The notes under the pieces: model-generated
Database searches by the model: none
Told to the model about the DNA's origin: nothing
Seen by the model: only the letters and a program-made list of their open reading frames with translations
In this document: piece by piece, positions 62,961 to 64,000 of the stretch
Layout of the letters: the number at the start of each line of letters is the position of its first letter
Numbering within the stretch: the first letter of the stretch is position 1
NCBI RefSeq assembly: GCF_001194135.2
Contig: NC_068981.1
Location: forward strand, 181,195,945-181,259,944
Origin: Octopus bimaculoides
Taxonomy: Eukaryota
Length of the DNA: 64,000 bases
Direction of reading: 5' to 3'
Position numbers and translations under genes: made by a program

Positions 62961-63653
62961 TTTGTTAGATAAAGGAGGTAAAAGGAAACTAGATAGAAGT
63001 TAGGAAAGAAACTGGTCATGAAAGACACTATCTGATGTATGTAAGGAAATGATACAGTGTCTTTAGATATGTAAACTTAGCAAAGAAATGCTAAGGATGA
63101 TAATTAAGAATTAAATAGCTAGCCAAATAAACCTGAGATGAGGTTGTTAGAAATTGTATTTTGATTAAGCGTTCAGATGATGCAAATGAAAAAGGTAAAA
63201 TGTATTGTAGACCTGTTCAACCCACACTACTATGGAAAACTGAATGGTAAATGATGACAAGATATAAAAATTGAATCATCCAACATAGAATAAGTAAAAT
63301 ATTTGAAAGATTATTTCACTTTGTTTAGTTTTAAATAACAAAGATGCAAATGGCAGAGCTGTAAGAGATGGAGAGAAGTAGAGAGAGAATGAAATAGCAT
63401 AACCCTTTAGCATTCAGATTACTCTGTCCAACGTAATGCTTATTCATTCACATTGTTTTGAATTATTCATGCATTATGTTGTAGCTTTGAGATTTTCAAA
63501 TGATGAAATGACGCTTGCTTAATTCTAGAAGGACATTGTCGGGTAGGTGTAAGAGGCTGCATCTGGCTAGTTTGAATGTAAAACAGGTAGAATATTTAGG
63601 CTGGATATGGCCATTTTGAATACTAATGGGATAAATTGTAAATGAACGGTTAC

Positions 63654-63776
63654 CTCCACATGTCCACAAGACTTTGCCATTTGGTGCATAGTTCTCTCAG
63701 TTGTAGAAGAAGAAAGATTGTCAACAGCAATCATGGTAGCTTTCTTAATCTTTTGATTACCATCTCCATCAGTACG
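63654..63776 (-). CDS. RBM33: Internal coding exon, first half of a C-terminal RRM, RBM33-like protein
   Basis: U-rich acceptor (TTTTTTTTATTTAG), 123 nt, phase 0-0, donor GAG|GTAACC. Translates as RTDGDGNQKIKKATMIAVDNLSSSTTERTMHQMAKSCGHVE, resembling the recalled RBM33 segment VSVEGLSSSTTDAQLKSLLMSVGPIQ. Confidence 0.78.
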
Positions 63777-64000
63777 CTAAATAAAAAAAATAACATTACA
63801 TGTAGACATCATCTCATTTAATTTAAAATAGCTTTAAGAAAACAAAGAAACTACAAGGGACAGGTGTTGATGCTTTGCAATTCATGTTTTTTGTGCTATT
63901 TTCAACCAAGCTATCACAACAGGTGTTGTCATTCTTTTATTATATCTAGGTCAACATTGCCCAATACATCCTTTGACTGTAGGGTGTGAGTTGAGGGTCA

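Overview
AT-rich, repeat-dense eukaryotic genomic DNA with seven N-gaps. The SINE families, (GAT)n-tailed LINE ends and (TA)n/(CA)n microsatellites look like Octopus/cephalopod DNA (inference from recalled repeat families, not a database search). Parts of two minus-strand genes are readable. (1) The first coding exon of a CCDC6 orthologue (21781-22023), with a CpG-rich promoter/leader and a first intron that runs toward the left edge of the window. (2) Two consecutive exons (63654-63776, 61641-61729) encoding a C-terminal RRM most similar to RBM33; its last exon was not found. The rest is transposon debris: a full-length dead mariner with TIRs and TA duplications, a piggyBac transposase fossil, TTAA-flanked MITEs, a hAT MITE with nested inserts, a probable non-autonomous Helitron, RTE and CR1/L2 LINE fragments, and several tRNA-SINE families. 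Most supplied ORFs are microsatellite, gap or repeat artefacts. There is no CRISPR array, tRNA or rRNA gene. Best second-look items: two duplicated 10-codon uORFs in front of the CCDC6 start, a minimal Penelope-type hammerhead ribozyme in sense orientation in CCDC6 intron 1, two templated insertions of transposase DNA, and an orphan 9-nt microexon candidate.
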